This document shows, in pieces, positions 28,130 to 38,045 of a stretch of 64,000 bases of DNA. The stretch's first letter is position 1. Each line of letters opens with the position of its first letter. The translations under genes and the position numbers were made by a program. The stretch spans positions 26,223-90,222 of the forward strand of contig JAQWFB010000005.1 in assembly GCA_028704635.1 (NCBI GenBank), given 5' to 3'. Source of the stretch: Candidatus Shapirobacteria bacterium (GTDB lineage Bacteria; Patescibacteriota; Microgenomatia; UBA12405). The notes under the pieces are model-generated. The model saw only the letters and a program-made list of their open reading frames with translations. It made no database searches and was not told the origin of the DNA.

Positions 28130-29146
28130 ATGAAGTTTACCCGAACCAAAAAATTGGTATTTTTCAACAATAAAGGTGGTGTCGGAAAAACTACTTTAGC
28201 CTACAATACTGCTGTTAAGCTATCAGAGTTTGGTTATAAAACCGTTTTAATCGATTTGGACCCACAATGTAATTTATCTAAGTTATCACTGGGTAAGTCT
28301 TTTGAAGAAAATTTATTTTCTGTTAATCAAAAAACTATCTTCACTGTTTTAGAAGGAATTATAAAAGGTGGCGCAGATATTGATAAAACTGTTGATTTTG
28401 AATCAATAAGTAAAAATTTATTTATATTACCAGGTAGTTTACTACTATCAGAATATGAAAATTCATTAATATCAGCTTATGGAGATGCTGCCCAAGGAGT
28501 CGAAAGGGGATTCTTTATAACCAGTGCCATTGATAGATTTTTAAGTGAAAAAGGCCTAGAAAACGAAGTTGATATTTATATCATAGACACTTCACCAAAT
28601 TTAAATTTATTAAATAGAATAATATTTTTAGGATCCGACTATTTTATAACACCACTAATGCCAGATGCTTTTTCTGTCCAAGGAATTGAAAATTTAGGAA
28701 CCACTTTTGAAAAATGGAAAGATAATTGGAAAAAAACTGCTAAGGTATTGGCCAGAGATAAACAAATTTCACATGACAAAGTTTTAGATGGAGAAGGATT
28801 ATTTATTGGTTATATTATCAACTCGTATAATCAATATTCTAAAAAACCAATTAAGAGTAATGAAGAATGGATCAAAAAAGTTCCTTCTTTTATTAAAAAA
28901 TATTTATCAGAAAAACATTGTCGAAATGGTTTAGTTGAAAAATCTTGGAAAAACAAACTAGCTTTAATCAAAGATTTTGGACAACTACCTCCTTTAGCCC
29001 AAATCAAAAATAAAGCAATTTTTAATCTAGATCCAATAAAGGATAATTTTGATAATGTAAAAGGAACAAAAGAAAATCTTGAACAGGCTAAAAAAGAATT
29101 CCAACAATTAACAGAAAATATATTGGAAATATTAAATAAATATTAA
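28130..29146 (+). CDS. ParA/MinD-family ATPase (orphan)
   Basis: NNKGGVGKTT deviant Walker A, IDLDPQCNL, IDTSP. Confidence 0.88.
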   Translation: MKFTRTKKLVFFNNKGGVGKTTLAYNTAVKLSEFGYKTVLIDLDPQCNLSKLSLGKSFEENLFSVNQKTIFTVLEGIIKGGADIDKTVDFESISKNLFILPGSLLLSEYENSLISAYGDAAQGVERGFFITSAIDRFLSEKGLENEVDIYIIDTSPNLNLLNRIIFLGSDYFITPLMPDAFSVQGIENLGTTFEKWKDNWKKTAKVLARDKQISHDKVLDGEGLFIGYIINSYNQYSKKPIKSNEEWIKKVPSFIKKYLSEKHCRNGLVEKSWKNKLALIKDFGQLPPLAQIKNKAIFNLDPIKDNFDNVKGTKENLEQAKKEFQQLTENILEILNKY

Positions 29147-29147
29147 T

Positions 29148-30263
29148 ATGTTAATTGGTATTGATGGTAATGAAGCCAATATTAAAAATCGTGTCGGTGT
29201 TGGCCAATATGCTTTTAATTTATTGAAAAATATTTATTTAATTGATCAAAAAAATCAATATATTGTTTATTTAAAAAACAAACCATTAGAAGATCTTCCT
29301 AAAAGTAGGGCAAATTGGCATTATAAAGTTTTTGGGCCTCAAAAGCTTTGGACTAAAATTGCTCTCCCAATTCACCTTTTCACTCAAAAAGAAAAATTAG
29401 ACGTTTTTTATTCCCCCAGTCATTATTCGCCCCAATTTTCTCCTTGTCCCACCATTCCAACTATTCACGATCTTGGATATCTTCAATTTCAAAACCAATT
29501 TACCAAAAAAGATCTTTACCAATTAATTAATTGGACTAAACAATCGATTAAAAAAGCAGCTCACATAGTTACTGTTTCTGATTTTTCTAAAACTGAAATT
29601 GAAAAAACTTATCAAATTGATCCACAAAAAATAACCATTGCCTACAACGGTGTTAATGAACCGCTAAAAATTAATGACAAAAAACAAAAAGAAATTTTAA
29701 AATCCTACAACCTACGATCTAAGTCTTACTATTTATACTTGGGTACATTAAAACCAAATAAAAATATCCCTTTTTTAATTCGTGCATTTTCAAAATTTTT
29801 AAAAACAACTGACCAGGAAACTAAACTAGTAATTGCCGGTAAAAAGGGTTGGCTTTTTGATGAAATTTTTTCTACCGTCCAGAAAGAAAGTGTCGAAGAT
29901 AATATTGTTTTTACTGATTTCGTTGATAATTATCAAAAAACTATTCTTTATCAACATGCCAAAGCCCTAATTATGCCCAGTATTTACGAAGGTTTTGGTA
30001 TACCCGTAATCGAAGCCATGAAATTAAATACACCTGTAATTTCCAGTAATATTGATCCTTTAAAAGAAGTTATTCAAAATAACGGTTTTTATTTTGAACC
30101 AACCAATCAAGAAGAATTAGTTCATCAACTTATTAATTTTGAAAGAATTAATCCCAAAGAAATCAAAAAAATAACAGATCAAGCCAAAATCCGCGCCGAT
30201 TTTTTTACCTGGACCAACACTGCCAAATCCGTCATCTCCGTTTTTGAAAAATTTAAAAAATAA
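29148..30263 (+). CDS. GT4 glycosyltransferase
   Basis: GVGQY, TIHDL, GTLKPNKN, PSIYEGFGIPVIEAM. Confidence 0.9.
   Translation: MLIGIDGNEANIKNRVGVGQYAFNLLKNIYLIDQKNQYIVYLKNKPLEDLPKSRANWHYKVFGPQKLWTKIALPIHLFTQKEKLDVFYSPSHYSPQFSPCPTIPTIHDLGYLQFQNQFTKKDLYQLINWTKQSIKKAAHIVTVSDFSKTEIEKTYQIDPQKITIAYNGVNEPLKINDKKQKEILKSYNLRSKSYYLYLGTLKPNKNIPFLIRAFSKFLKTTDQETKLVIAGKKGWLFDEIFSTVQKESVEDNIVFTDFVDNYQKTILYQHAKALIMPSIYEGFGIPVIEAMKLNTPVISSNIDPLKEVIQNNGFYFEPTNQEELVHQLINFERINPKEIKKITDQAKIRADFFTWTNTAKSVISVFEKFKK
29703..29723 (+). repeat. Heptamer tandem repeat within CDS
   Basis: TCCTACA ACCTACG ATCTAAG. Confidence 0.5.
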
Positions 30264-30293
30264 TTTTTACCTTTGATTTGCTAAACTAAACAT

Positions 30294-30887
30294 ATGAAAG
30301 ACCGTACCGGTAAGAATCTAGATTCTCAAGAAATTTTTCAAAAAATTATTAATCGTATTAAAACCATTTGTCTTGAATTTTGGCTCATGGTTCTTCGATT
30401 TGTCGGTTTTATCCCCATCCATACCATCAGAAAAATTTTCTACATCGCCTCTGGAATAAATATGCCATTAAATTCCACTATTCATATCGGTGCTAATTTT
30501 TTTAATCCTTCAAATATTAAAATCGGTCACGATACTATAATTGGTGACCATTGTTTTCTTGATGGTCGTGCTAAATTAACCATCGGCAATCACGTTGGCA
30601 TTGCCAGTCAAGTTTTGATTTATAATGATGAACATAATATTCATTCCAATAATTACGAAAATTCTTTTGGTCCAGTCGAAATTGAAGATTATGTTTTCAT
30701 CGGTCCTCGCGCCATAATTTTACCCGATATTAAAATTGGCAAAGGCGCTGTTATTGCCGCTGGAGCCGTCGTTACCAAAGATATTCCTGATTTTGAAATT
30801 TGGGCCGGTGTTCCAGCCAAAAAAATAGGTGACAGAAAAAATCAAAAACCAAATTATAAACTTGGTCGTCCTATGTTATTCCAATAA
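30294..30887 (+). CDS. LbH acyltransferase (sugar O-acetyltransferase-like)
   Basis: LDGR..LTIG, PVEIEDYVFIG, GAVVTKD..WAGVPAK. Confidence 0.88.
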   Translation: MKDRTGKNLDSQEIFQKIINRIKTICLEFWLMVLRFVGFIPIHTIRKIFYIASGINMPLNSTIHIGANFFNPSNIKIGHDTIIGDHCFLDGRAKLTIGNHVGIASQVLIYNDEHNIHSNNYENSFGPVEIEDYVFIGPRAIILPDIKIGKGAVIAAGAVVTKDIPDFEIWAGVPAKKIGDRKNQKPNYKLGRPMLFQ

Positions 30888-30888
30888 T

Positions 30889-31434
30889 ATGATTAAAAAA
30901 ATATTGGTTGTATTATTTTGTATTTTTAATATTTTTGCCATTGTTTATTTAATTAGTCCAACTCCAACTCTTCCCGATTTGGTAAACAGTGTTAAGTCTG
31001 ATGAACCTGGTGACACTGTTCAATTAAAAAATGTCTCAGCCTACTACACCAACATGACTCGAACTGAAGTTATGAATTTTTATAAAGCTTATTACAGCGG
31101 ACCGTTTAGAATTATTCTTAATCACCCACCCGAAAAATCAAAAGAAATAATCAAAGATACTATTCAAAGTTATTATTTCGAAGAATTTATTTTACCTTTC
31201 AAAGAATCCATTTTTATCAATGGGTTTGAATGGGAAAATGATGTTTTTACTAAACCCGAAAAAAGAGTCAAAAATAAATTAATTTTCAAGGACAAAGAAT
31301 ACAAAGCCAAAATTACCATAAAAACCATCCCAACTTCCACCCCAAAACGCATCACCGCCTTTTTATTTACTGAAGCCGCTGTAATTTTAACTCTCCTTAC
31401 TTATAAATCTTTTTTAAAAAAGAAACATGATTAA
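30889..31434 (+). CDS. Hypothetical membrane protein (N- and C-terminal TMs)
   Basis: ORF; ATG at 30889 right after the upstream stop preferred over GTG at 30829. Confidence 0.7.
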   Translation: MIKKILVVLFCIFNIFAIVYLISPTPTLPDLVNSVKSDEPGDTVQLKNVSAYYTNMTRTEVMNFYKAYYSGPFRIILNHPPEKSKEIIKDTIQSYYFEEFILPFKESIFINGFEWENDVFTKPEKRVKNKLIFKDKEYKAKITIKTIPTSTPKRITAFLFTEAAVILTLLTYKSFLKKKHD

Positions 31435-32353
31435 TCCTGTTCTTTCGATAATTATTATTTCCTACAACACCAGCGAAATAACCATTAATTGTCTTAAGTC
31501 AATTTTCCAAGACAAAGGTCTTAAAGAAATTCCCTTTGAAATTATTATTGTCGACAACAACTCTAAGGATGATTCGGTTGCTCAGATAAAAAAATTCAAA
31601 GAAATAAAATTAATCGCCAATAAATTTAATGGGGGATTTGGTAAAGCAAACAATCAAGGCTTAAAAATTGCCAAAGGTAATTATATTTTATTTCTAAATT
31701 CCGACACTATTATTCTCCATTCCGCCATCAGCCAAACCTTAAATTGGCTTTGCTCCCATCCTGAGGCTTCGGTTTGCACTGCTCAGTTATTAAACAAAGA
31801 TAAAACCATTCAAGCCTCTGGTGGTTTTTTCCCAAATTTAATAAATATTAAAACCTGGTGTTTAAATTTAGACGATCTCCCTTTTGTTAACAAAATTATT
31901 AAACCTCTTCATCCTCACACACCCAATTTTTACACTCACGACAAATTTTATTTAAAAGATCACCAACAAGATTGGGTTACCGGCGCTTTTATGATGGTTC
32001 GATCATCTCATTTAAAACCAACCCATGGTTTTGACGAAAATTATTTTATGTACGGCGAAGAAGTTGAACTTTCTTATCGTATCAAAAAAAATAATCCTCA
32101 ATCTCAAACTTGGTACTTAATTGGCCCTCAAATTATTCATCTCGGTGGTGCTTCAGCCCAAAACAAAATCGATCCCATTATTAATGAATATCGCGGCATT
32201 CTCGCTTTTTTTAAAAAACACAAAAGCCAATGGCAGTACCAAATAGTCAAATATTTAATTAAATTTAATGCCGTCAGTCGTGGTGTTATATACTCTATTA
32301 GAGGTAATAAAAATACTGCCTCACTTTATTTTCAAACATGTTCAAAAATCTAA
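31427..32353 (+). CDS. GT2 glycosyltransferase (rhamnosyltransferase-like)
   Basis: IISYNT, VDNNSKD, GFGKANNQG, LNSD, WVTGAF, FMYGEE. Confidence 0.9.
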   Translation: MINPVLSIIIISYNTSEITINCLKSIFQDKGLKEIPFEIIIVDNNSKDDSVAQIKKFKEIKLIANKFNGGFGKANNQGLKIAKGNYILFLNSDTIILHSAISQTLNWLCSHPEASVCTAQLLNKDKTIQASGGFFPNLINIKTWCLNLDDLPFVNKIIKPLHPHTPNFYTHDKFYLKDHQQDWVTGAFMMVRSSHLKPTHGFDENYFMYGEEVELSYRIKKNNPQSQTWYLIGPQIIHLGGASAQNKIDPIINEYRGILAFFKKHKSQWQYQIVKYLIKFNAVSRGVIYSIRGNKNTASLYFQTCSKI

Positions 32354-33741
32354 ATATTTTTCGACCAATAATCGCCATTCTTATCTTGTTTATTCCTCTG
32401 TATCCTAAATTTCCTTTAACTAGTGTCGATGGCACCTATGTTGCCATCCGTCTCGACGATGTAGTTATAGCCCTTACTATTTTAATTTGGGCAATTTACC
32501 AACTCACTCACAAACTTCCTGTTTTTAAAATAAAAATAACCAAATTATTTTTAGCCTATTTTACGGCTATTATTGCCAGTTTCATTACCGCTTTTCTTGT
32601 TTATCAAACCGACTCAACAACACTTTTGCTTCTTCATCTAGCCCGCCGCTTTGAATATATTTCTTTATTTTTTATAGCTATCGATAGTATTAAATCGAAA
32701 CAAGATTTAAATTTTAGCTACATTTTTCTTTTAATCACTACTTTTTTTGTCAGCATTTATGGTTACGGTCAAAAATATTTTCAATTCCCAGTAATTTCCA
32801 CTATGAATTCTGAATTTTCCAAAGGTCAATTACTTCAAATGAGTACATGGACACGTATCAATTCTACTTTTGCCGGTCATTATGATCTAGCCGCTTTTTT
32901 AAGTGTCGTTTTAATAATTATCGCTGCAGTTTTTATTCTCAATAAAAATAAATGGATTAAATTATTCAGCTTGGTTGTTTGGGTTGCCTCATATCCAATT
33001 CTTACATTCACTGCATCCAGAGTTTCCATTTTTGCCTTTCTTGCAGGAATTTGTTTCACTCTTTTTGCTCTAAGAAAATATTTTTGGATTATTCCTTTTG
33101 TTATTTTAGTTGCTTTCAGTATTTTTAATTCAGAAGATCTAAATCAAAGATTATTAGCCACTATTCCTGCTTTAAAAAATCAAATAAATAAAACCACTAC
33201 TGCCACAATAACTCCCACTGCTACTCCAACTTCAATTCCAGTCATCGCCGTTACCACTCCGATACCAACTTCTACAAAATTATTACCAACTCCAACTGTC
33301 GTTCGTCATCCTACCACTGAAACTTACCCTACTGTTGATGTTGATGCTGGCGTCGCTCGATCCGGTGAAATTCGTTTTAATGTTGAATGGCCACGAGCCA
33401 TCAGGGCATTTAATAAAAATATGATTACTGGCACTGGTCTTGGCTCCATCACTCTTGCCACCGATAATGATTATCTCCGATTATTAGGCGAAAGTGGACT
33501 TTTAGGATTTATTTCCTTTATGATCATTCCTTTGTATTTCATAATAAAGACTGTTCCTAAAATATTTAAAAAGAAATCTACGATCTACGACCAAATATCC
33601 ATCATCTTTCTTGGCTGTCTTTTAACTACCCTAGCCAATGCTGTTTTTATCGATGTTTTTGAAGCTTCAAAAACTGCTTATCTTTTTTGGATTATGATGG
33701 GTTTTTATTATCAATTGCTAAATTTCAAAGATGAAAAATAA
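32338..33741 (+). CDS. O-antigen ligase/Wzy_C-like membrane protein
   Basis: RINSTFAGHYDLAAFL, T.SR, W..A..AF....ITGTG, DNDYLRLLGESGLLG; multi-TM. Confidence 0.8.
   Translation: MFKNLNIFRPIIAILILFIPLYPKFPLTSVDGTYVAIRLDDVVIALTILIWAIYQLTHKLPVFKIKITKLFLAYFTAIIASFITAFLVYQTDSTTLLLLHLARRFEYISLFFIAIDSIKSKQDLNFSYIFLLITTFFVSIYGYGQKYFQFPVISTMNSEFSKGQLLQMSTWTRINSTFAGHYDLAAFLSVVLIIIAAVFILNKNKWIKLFSLVVWVASYPILTFTASRVSIFAFLAGICFTLFALRKYFWIIPFVILVAFSIFNSEDLNQRLLATIPALKNQINKTTTATITPTATPTSIPVIAVTTPIPTSTKLLPTPTVVRHPTTETYPTVDVDAGVARSGEIRFNVEWPRAIRAFNKNMITGTGLGSITLATDNDYLRLLGESGLLGFISFMIIPLYFIIKTVPKIFKKKSTIYDQISIIFLGCLLTTLANAVFIDVFEASKTAYLFWIMMGFYYQLLNFKDEK
33576..33596 (+). repeat. Heptamer tandem repeat within CDS
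   Basis: ATCTACG ATCTACG ACCAAAT. Confidence 0.45.
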
Positions 33742-34942
33742 AAGAAATATTTTAATGATCACCCCTTATATTCCACGTCTTTCCCAATCAGGTGGTCAAA
33801 ACAGTTCCTTTTATTCCATAAAATATCTTTCTCCCGACAATAATATTACCCTAATTTGTCTTAGCCCAGACGAAGAGGGACTAGAAGATATTAAACAATT
33901 TTGTTCTAAAGTCATTGTTGTTAAGCGTGGTAAAACTTGGGATCCAAAAAAAGTTCTCATGACTGGATTTAGTCCATATCCTTTTTTAGTCATGAAACAC
34001 ATTAATAAAAAATTTCGTGAAGCTATTCAAAATGAATTAGATAATAATTCTTTTGATCTTATCCATTGTGACTGTTTTTATCCAATGCCTAATATTCCTA
34101 AAACCAAAATTCCAATTGTTTTGGTTGATCTTACAGTTGAATATGAAGTCTATAAACATTATGTCGAAACCATAACCGGCTGGAAAAAATTATTAAAACC
34201 TCTTCTTTGGGTTGATGTTTATAAATTAAAATACTGGGAAACTTATTACTGGAAAAACACTCACACTGTCGTTGCTTTTGCCGAAGAAGATCAACAATTA
34301 ATTTCAAAAATTACTGGACGCAATGACATTAAACTTTTTCAAAATGGTGTTGATAATAAATTCTTTGAATCAAAACCAAAAACTGAAAAAAGTAAATTTC
34401 CCTCTATTCTTTTTGGTGTCTCAAATATGAAATGGATGCAAAACCGCGAATCTGTCGAAATGATTATAAAAGATTCATGGCCAGCAATTAAAAAGGCAAT
34501 ACCAGAATGTAAATTCTATATCATTGGTCGTCACGCCCCAGATTACTACTCTCACTATCGAAGTAAAGACATTATTATCGAAGAAGCTGATTTTGATGGC
34601 CAACCACATGATCCTATGTTTTATTATCAATATTGTTGGACTCTGGTCGCACCCATGGGTAGTGGTGGTGGCACTCGCAATAAGTTTCTTGAAGCCATGG
34701 CTTGTCGTCTTCCTATTGTTACTACTCCAGAAGGTATGGGCGGAATTAAAATTGAAAATTTTAAACAATCCATTATTTGCAACTACGACCAAATCGCTAA
34801 AAATACTATTGAGTTATTAAATGATAATAAAAGAAGAACTCTAATGGGCGAGGAAGCCAATAAACTCATTCGCAGTAAATATTCCTATCAAAGCAGTGTC
34901 AATGGTCTTAATCAAATTTATAAAGAAATTACTAAAAAATAA
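33731..34942 (+). CDS. GT4 glycosyltransferase
   Basis: SGG N-terminal motif, QNGVD, GGGTRNKFLEAMA. Confidence 0.88.
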   Translation: MKNKRNILMITPYIPRLSQSGGQNSSFYSIKYLSPDNNITLICLSPDEEGLEDIKQFCSKVIVVKRGKTWDPKKVLMTGFSPYPFLVMKHINKKFREAIQNELDNNSFDLIHCDCFYPMPNIPKTKIPIVLVDLTVEYEVYKHYVETITGWKKLLKPLLWVDVYKLKYWETYYWKNTHTVVAFAEEDQQLISKITGRNDIKLFQNGVDNKFFESKPKTEKSKFPSILFGVSNMKWMQNRESVEMIIKDSWPAIKKAIPECKFYIIGRHAPDYYSHYRSKDIIIEEADFDGQPHDPMFYYQYCWTLVAPMGSGGGTRNKFLEAMACRLPIVTTPEGMGGIKIENFKQSIICNYDQIAKNTIELLNDNKRRTLMGEEANKLIRSKYSYQSSVNGLNQIYKEITKK

Positions 34943-35854
34943 ATGGATTTATCAGTCATCATTTTAAATTATAATTCTGCCGATTATTTAAAAAAATGTC
35001 TCGAAAGTATTTCAAAATCAGATATTGGCAATTACAAATATGAAGTAATTATCGTCGATAATAATTCTTCCGACGACAGTATAAAATTAGCCAAAACCGT
35101 TAAATCCTCAAATTTCAAATTTCTCGAACTTAATAATAATAGAGGATTCGCCCATGGTAATAATCAGGGATTAAAAGAGATCGATTCTAAAACTAGATTT
35201 GTTCTCTTTTTAAATCCAGACACTATTGTTCAAAAAGACACCTTCAAAAAAATGATCGAGTTTTTTGATCAAAACAAAAATATTGATGCTGCCACCTGTC
35301 AAATTAACCTTGCTCTCACTGGCAAAATGCAACCAGAATGTCATCGCGGTTTTCCAACTCCTTGGAATTCTCTATGTTACTTCACTGGTTTATCAAAATT
35401 ATTTCCCCATTCAAAAACATTCTCTGGGTACTTTATGGGGAATTTAGATAAAACTATTCCACATAAAATCGATGCTTGTGTTGGTGCTTTTTTAATGGTC
35501 AAAAAAGAAGTCGGCGACAAAATTAAATGGTGGAATGAAAAATATTTTTTCTATGGTGAAGATCTTGATTTTTGTTATCAATTAAAACAAAATAATTTTA
35601 ATTTATATTTTAATCCAAATTGTAAAATAACCCATTTTCAGGGAGTTTCTTCTGGTTTAATTAACAAAAGCAAACATCTTTCTAAAGCCTCACGACAAAC
35701 TAAAATAATGACAGCTAAAGCTAGTACTCAAGCCATGAGAATTTTTTATCAAGAGAATTTATTTTCCCATTATTCAGCTTTAACCAAATTTTTAGTCATG
35801 TCTGGTATTAAGTTACTAGAACTCAAAAGAGTTTTCAAAGCCAAATATTTATGA
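34943..35854 (+). CDS. GT2 glycosyltransferase
   Basis: ILNYN, VDNNSSD, NRGFAHGNNQG, LNPD, FFYGEDLD. Confidence 0.9.
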   Translation: MDLSVIILNYNSADYLKKCLESISKSDIGNYKYEVIIVDNNSSDDSIKLAKTVKSSNFKFLELNNNRGFAHGNNQGLKEIDSKTRFVLFLNPDTIVQKDTFKKMIEFFDQNKNIDAATCQINLALTGKMQPECHRGFPTPWNSLCYFTGLSKLFPHSKTFSGYFMGNLDKTIPHKIDACVGAFLMVKKEVGDKIKWWNEKYFFYGEDLDFCYQLKQNNFNLYFNPNCKITHFQGVSSGLINKSKHLSKASRQTKIMTAKASTQAMRIFYQENLFSHYSALTKFLVMSGIKLLELKRVFKAKYL

Positions 35855-36963
35855 AAAAACATATTGTTGTCGATGCCCGTCTCTACGGATCAAAACACAC
35901 TGGTATTGGCCGTTACACTAAAAATCTTCTCAAAGCTTTAACAGAACTATCTGATTTTAAAAAATACAAATTCACTTTAATTATTTATAAAAATCTAGAA
36001 GATAAAATTAAAAAAGATTTAGACGACAATTTTAATTATGTCACCACCAATATTAACCATTATTCCCTAAAAGAACAACTTTTTTTACCATTTTTAATTT
36101 ACAAATTAAAACCAGATCTAGTTCATTTCACTCATTTCAATAAACCAATTCTTTATTTTAAAAAATCAGTTGTCACTATCCATGATTTAATCAAACACTT
36201 TTCTAAAGGCAAAGACACCACCACTAAAAACCAATTTTTATATCAAATAAAATATTTTTTTTATTTGATACTAACTCGAATCATTATTATTAAAAACCAA
36301 ATAATTGTTCCTAGTAATTATTGGCGTGATTTTTTAATTAAAAAATACTATTTAAAAAATTCTAGTGTTATTACTACTCATGAAGCCGTCGATCCAACTT
36401 TTTTAATCAACACTAAAAACGAAACCGTTGTCAAAAACCCCCAAAATTATTTGGTTTATACCGGTAATCTTTATCCTCATAAAAATATCATTATTGTTTT
36501 AAAAGCTCTTCAAAAATTACCCGAAATCAAATTAAAAATTATTTGTGCTCGTGATTTTTTTAGCGAAAAATTATCAAAACAAATTAATCATCTTCATTTA
36601 AAAAAACAAGTTGAATTCCTTGGTTATCTTGACGATCAAAAATTTAAAGACGTTTATAAAAATGCTTTAGCCCTGGTTCATCCATCTTTAATGGAAGGTT
36701 TCAGTCTTACTGGCCTTGAAGCCATGGCTCTAAATTGCCCTGTTATTTCCTCAAATTCCAGTTGTCTTCCCGAAATTTATGGTGATTCCGTTCTTTACTT
36801 CGACCCAAATAATTCCGATGAATTAGTCCAAAAAATTAATCAATTAAAAAATAATTTAGAATTACGACAGAAATTAATCAATCTCGGACATCAACAAATC
36901 AAAAAATATTCTTGGAATAAAACCGCCAAAGAAACAATGGCCGTTTATGAAAAATTATTATGA
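35851..36963 (+). CDS. GT4 glycosyltransferase
   Basis: TGIGRY, TIHDL, YPHKN, PSLMEGFSLTGLEAM. Confidence 0.9.
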   Translation: MKKHIVVDARLYGSKHTGIGRYTKNLLKALTELSDFKKYKFTLIIYKNLEDKIKKDLDDNFNYVTTNINHYSLKEQLFLPFLIYKLKPDLVHFTHFNKPILYFKKSVVTIHDLIKHFSKGKDTTTKNQFLYQIKYFFYLILTRIIIIKNQIIVPSNYWRDFLIKKYYLKNSSVITTHEAVDPTFLINTKNETVVKNPQNYLVYTGNLYPHKNIIIVLKALQKLPEIKLKIICARDFFSEKLSKQINHLHLKKQVEFLGYLDDQKFKDVYKNALALVHPSLMEGFSLTGLEAMALNCPVISSNSSCLPEIYGDSVLYFDPNNSDELVQKINQLKNNLELRQKLINLGHQQIKKYSWNKTAKETMAVYEKLL

Positions 36964-38045
36964 CCAAGCCAAAAATTGCCTTGTTTTACGATTGGCTAAA
37001 TCAATGGGGTGGAGCCGAAAAAGTTTTACTTGACTTAATAAAACTTTATCCTGAAGCTCCAATTTATACCCTTGTTCACGATCCAAAAAAAACTAACTGG
37101 CTTCCAAAAAACACCAAATTTATTACCTCATTCATAAACAAACTTCCATTTTCCAAAAACAATCCAATTTTTTACACTCCATTCTATTCAATTGCTCTCG
37201 AACAATTTGATTTTTCTGATTTTGATATTGTCATTTCGACTACATCTACTATCGGCCATTGTCTCCTAACACCACCAAAAACAGTTTTTGTTTGTTATTT
37301 TCACAATACTAATCGTCACATTTACCAAAAAAAATATACTTGGCCAATTTCTTTAATAATCTCCAATTATAAAAAAATTGATCAAATCTATTCAAAAAGA
37401 CCAGATTTTTTGTTCTGTAATTCCCAAACAGTCCAACAAAGAATTAAAAATACTTATAAAAGAGACGCAAAAATAATTTACCCCGGTGTCGACACTTCCT
37501 TTTTTATTCCTTCAAAAACAAATCCCACCGAAAAATATTTTTTAATTGTCTCTCGTCTGGTTTCTCATAAAAGAATCGACTTAGCCATTAAAGCCTGCCA
37601 TCAGTTAGATCAAAAATTATACATTGTCGGCACCGGCCGCGACAAAAATAAATTAATTAATCTAATAGAGTCCTTGAATGATTCAAATATAAAATTATTA
37701 GGAAAAGTCGATAATAATAAATTATTAAATCTTTACCAAAATTGTCAGGCTCTAATTTGTCCCCAATTAGAAGATTTTGGTCTAACTCCACTCGAAGCTC
37801 AAGCCTGTGGTAAACCAGTTATTGCCTACAATAAAGGAGGATTAACAGAAACAATTATCAATAATAAAACTGGAATTTTCTTTAAATATCAAACTGTAAA
37901 AAGTCTTATTCTTGCCATCAATAAATTTAATCCAAATAATTTTTCAAAAGATGTCTGTCAAAAAAATGCCCAGAATTTTTCAAATATTAAATTTATGTTA
38001 AACTTTAAAAAGGAAATTGACCTTTTATGGCAGAATCATCAATAA
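36960..38045 (+). CDS. GT4 glycosyltransferase (WbaZ-like mannosyltransferase)
   Basis: DWLNQWGGAEKV, SRLVSHKRID, EDFGLTPLEAQACG. Confidence 0.88.
   Translation: MTKPKIALFYDWLNQWGGAEKVLLDLIKLYPEAPIYTLVHDPKKTNWLPKNTKFITSFINKLPFSKNNPIFYTPFYSIALEQFDFSDFDIVISTTSTIGHCLLTPPKTVFVCYFHNTNRHIYQKKYTWPISLIISNYKKIDQIYSKRPDFLFCNSQTVQQRIKNTYKRDAKIIYPGVDTSFFIPSKTNPTEKYFLIVSRLVSHKRIDLAIKACHQLDQKLYIVGTGRDKNKLINLIESLNDSNIKLLGKVDNNKLLNLYQNCQALICPQLEDFGLTPLEAQACGKPVIAYNKGGLTETIINNKTGIFFKYQTVKSLILAINKFNPNNFSKDVCQKNAQNFSNIKFMLNFKKEIDLLWQNHQ

Noticed and set aside
37247-37263. Further weak heptamer-like tracts (GACTACATCTACTATC; also about 34781)
   Set aside because: Too short or degenerate to distinguish from Thr/Ser/Tyr codon usage.
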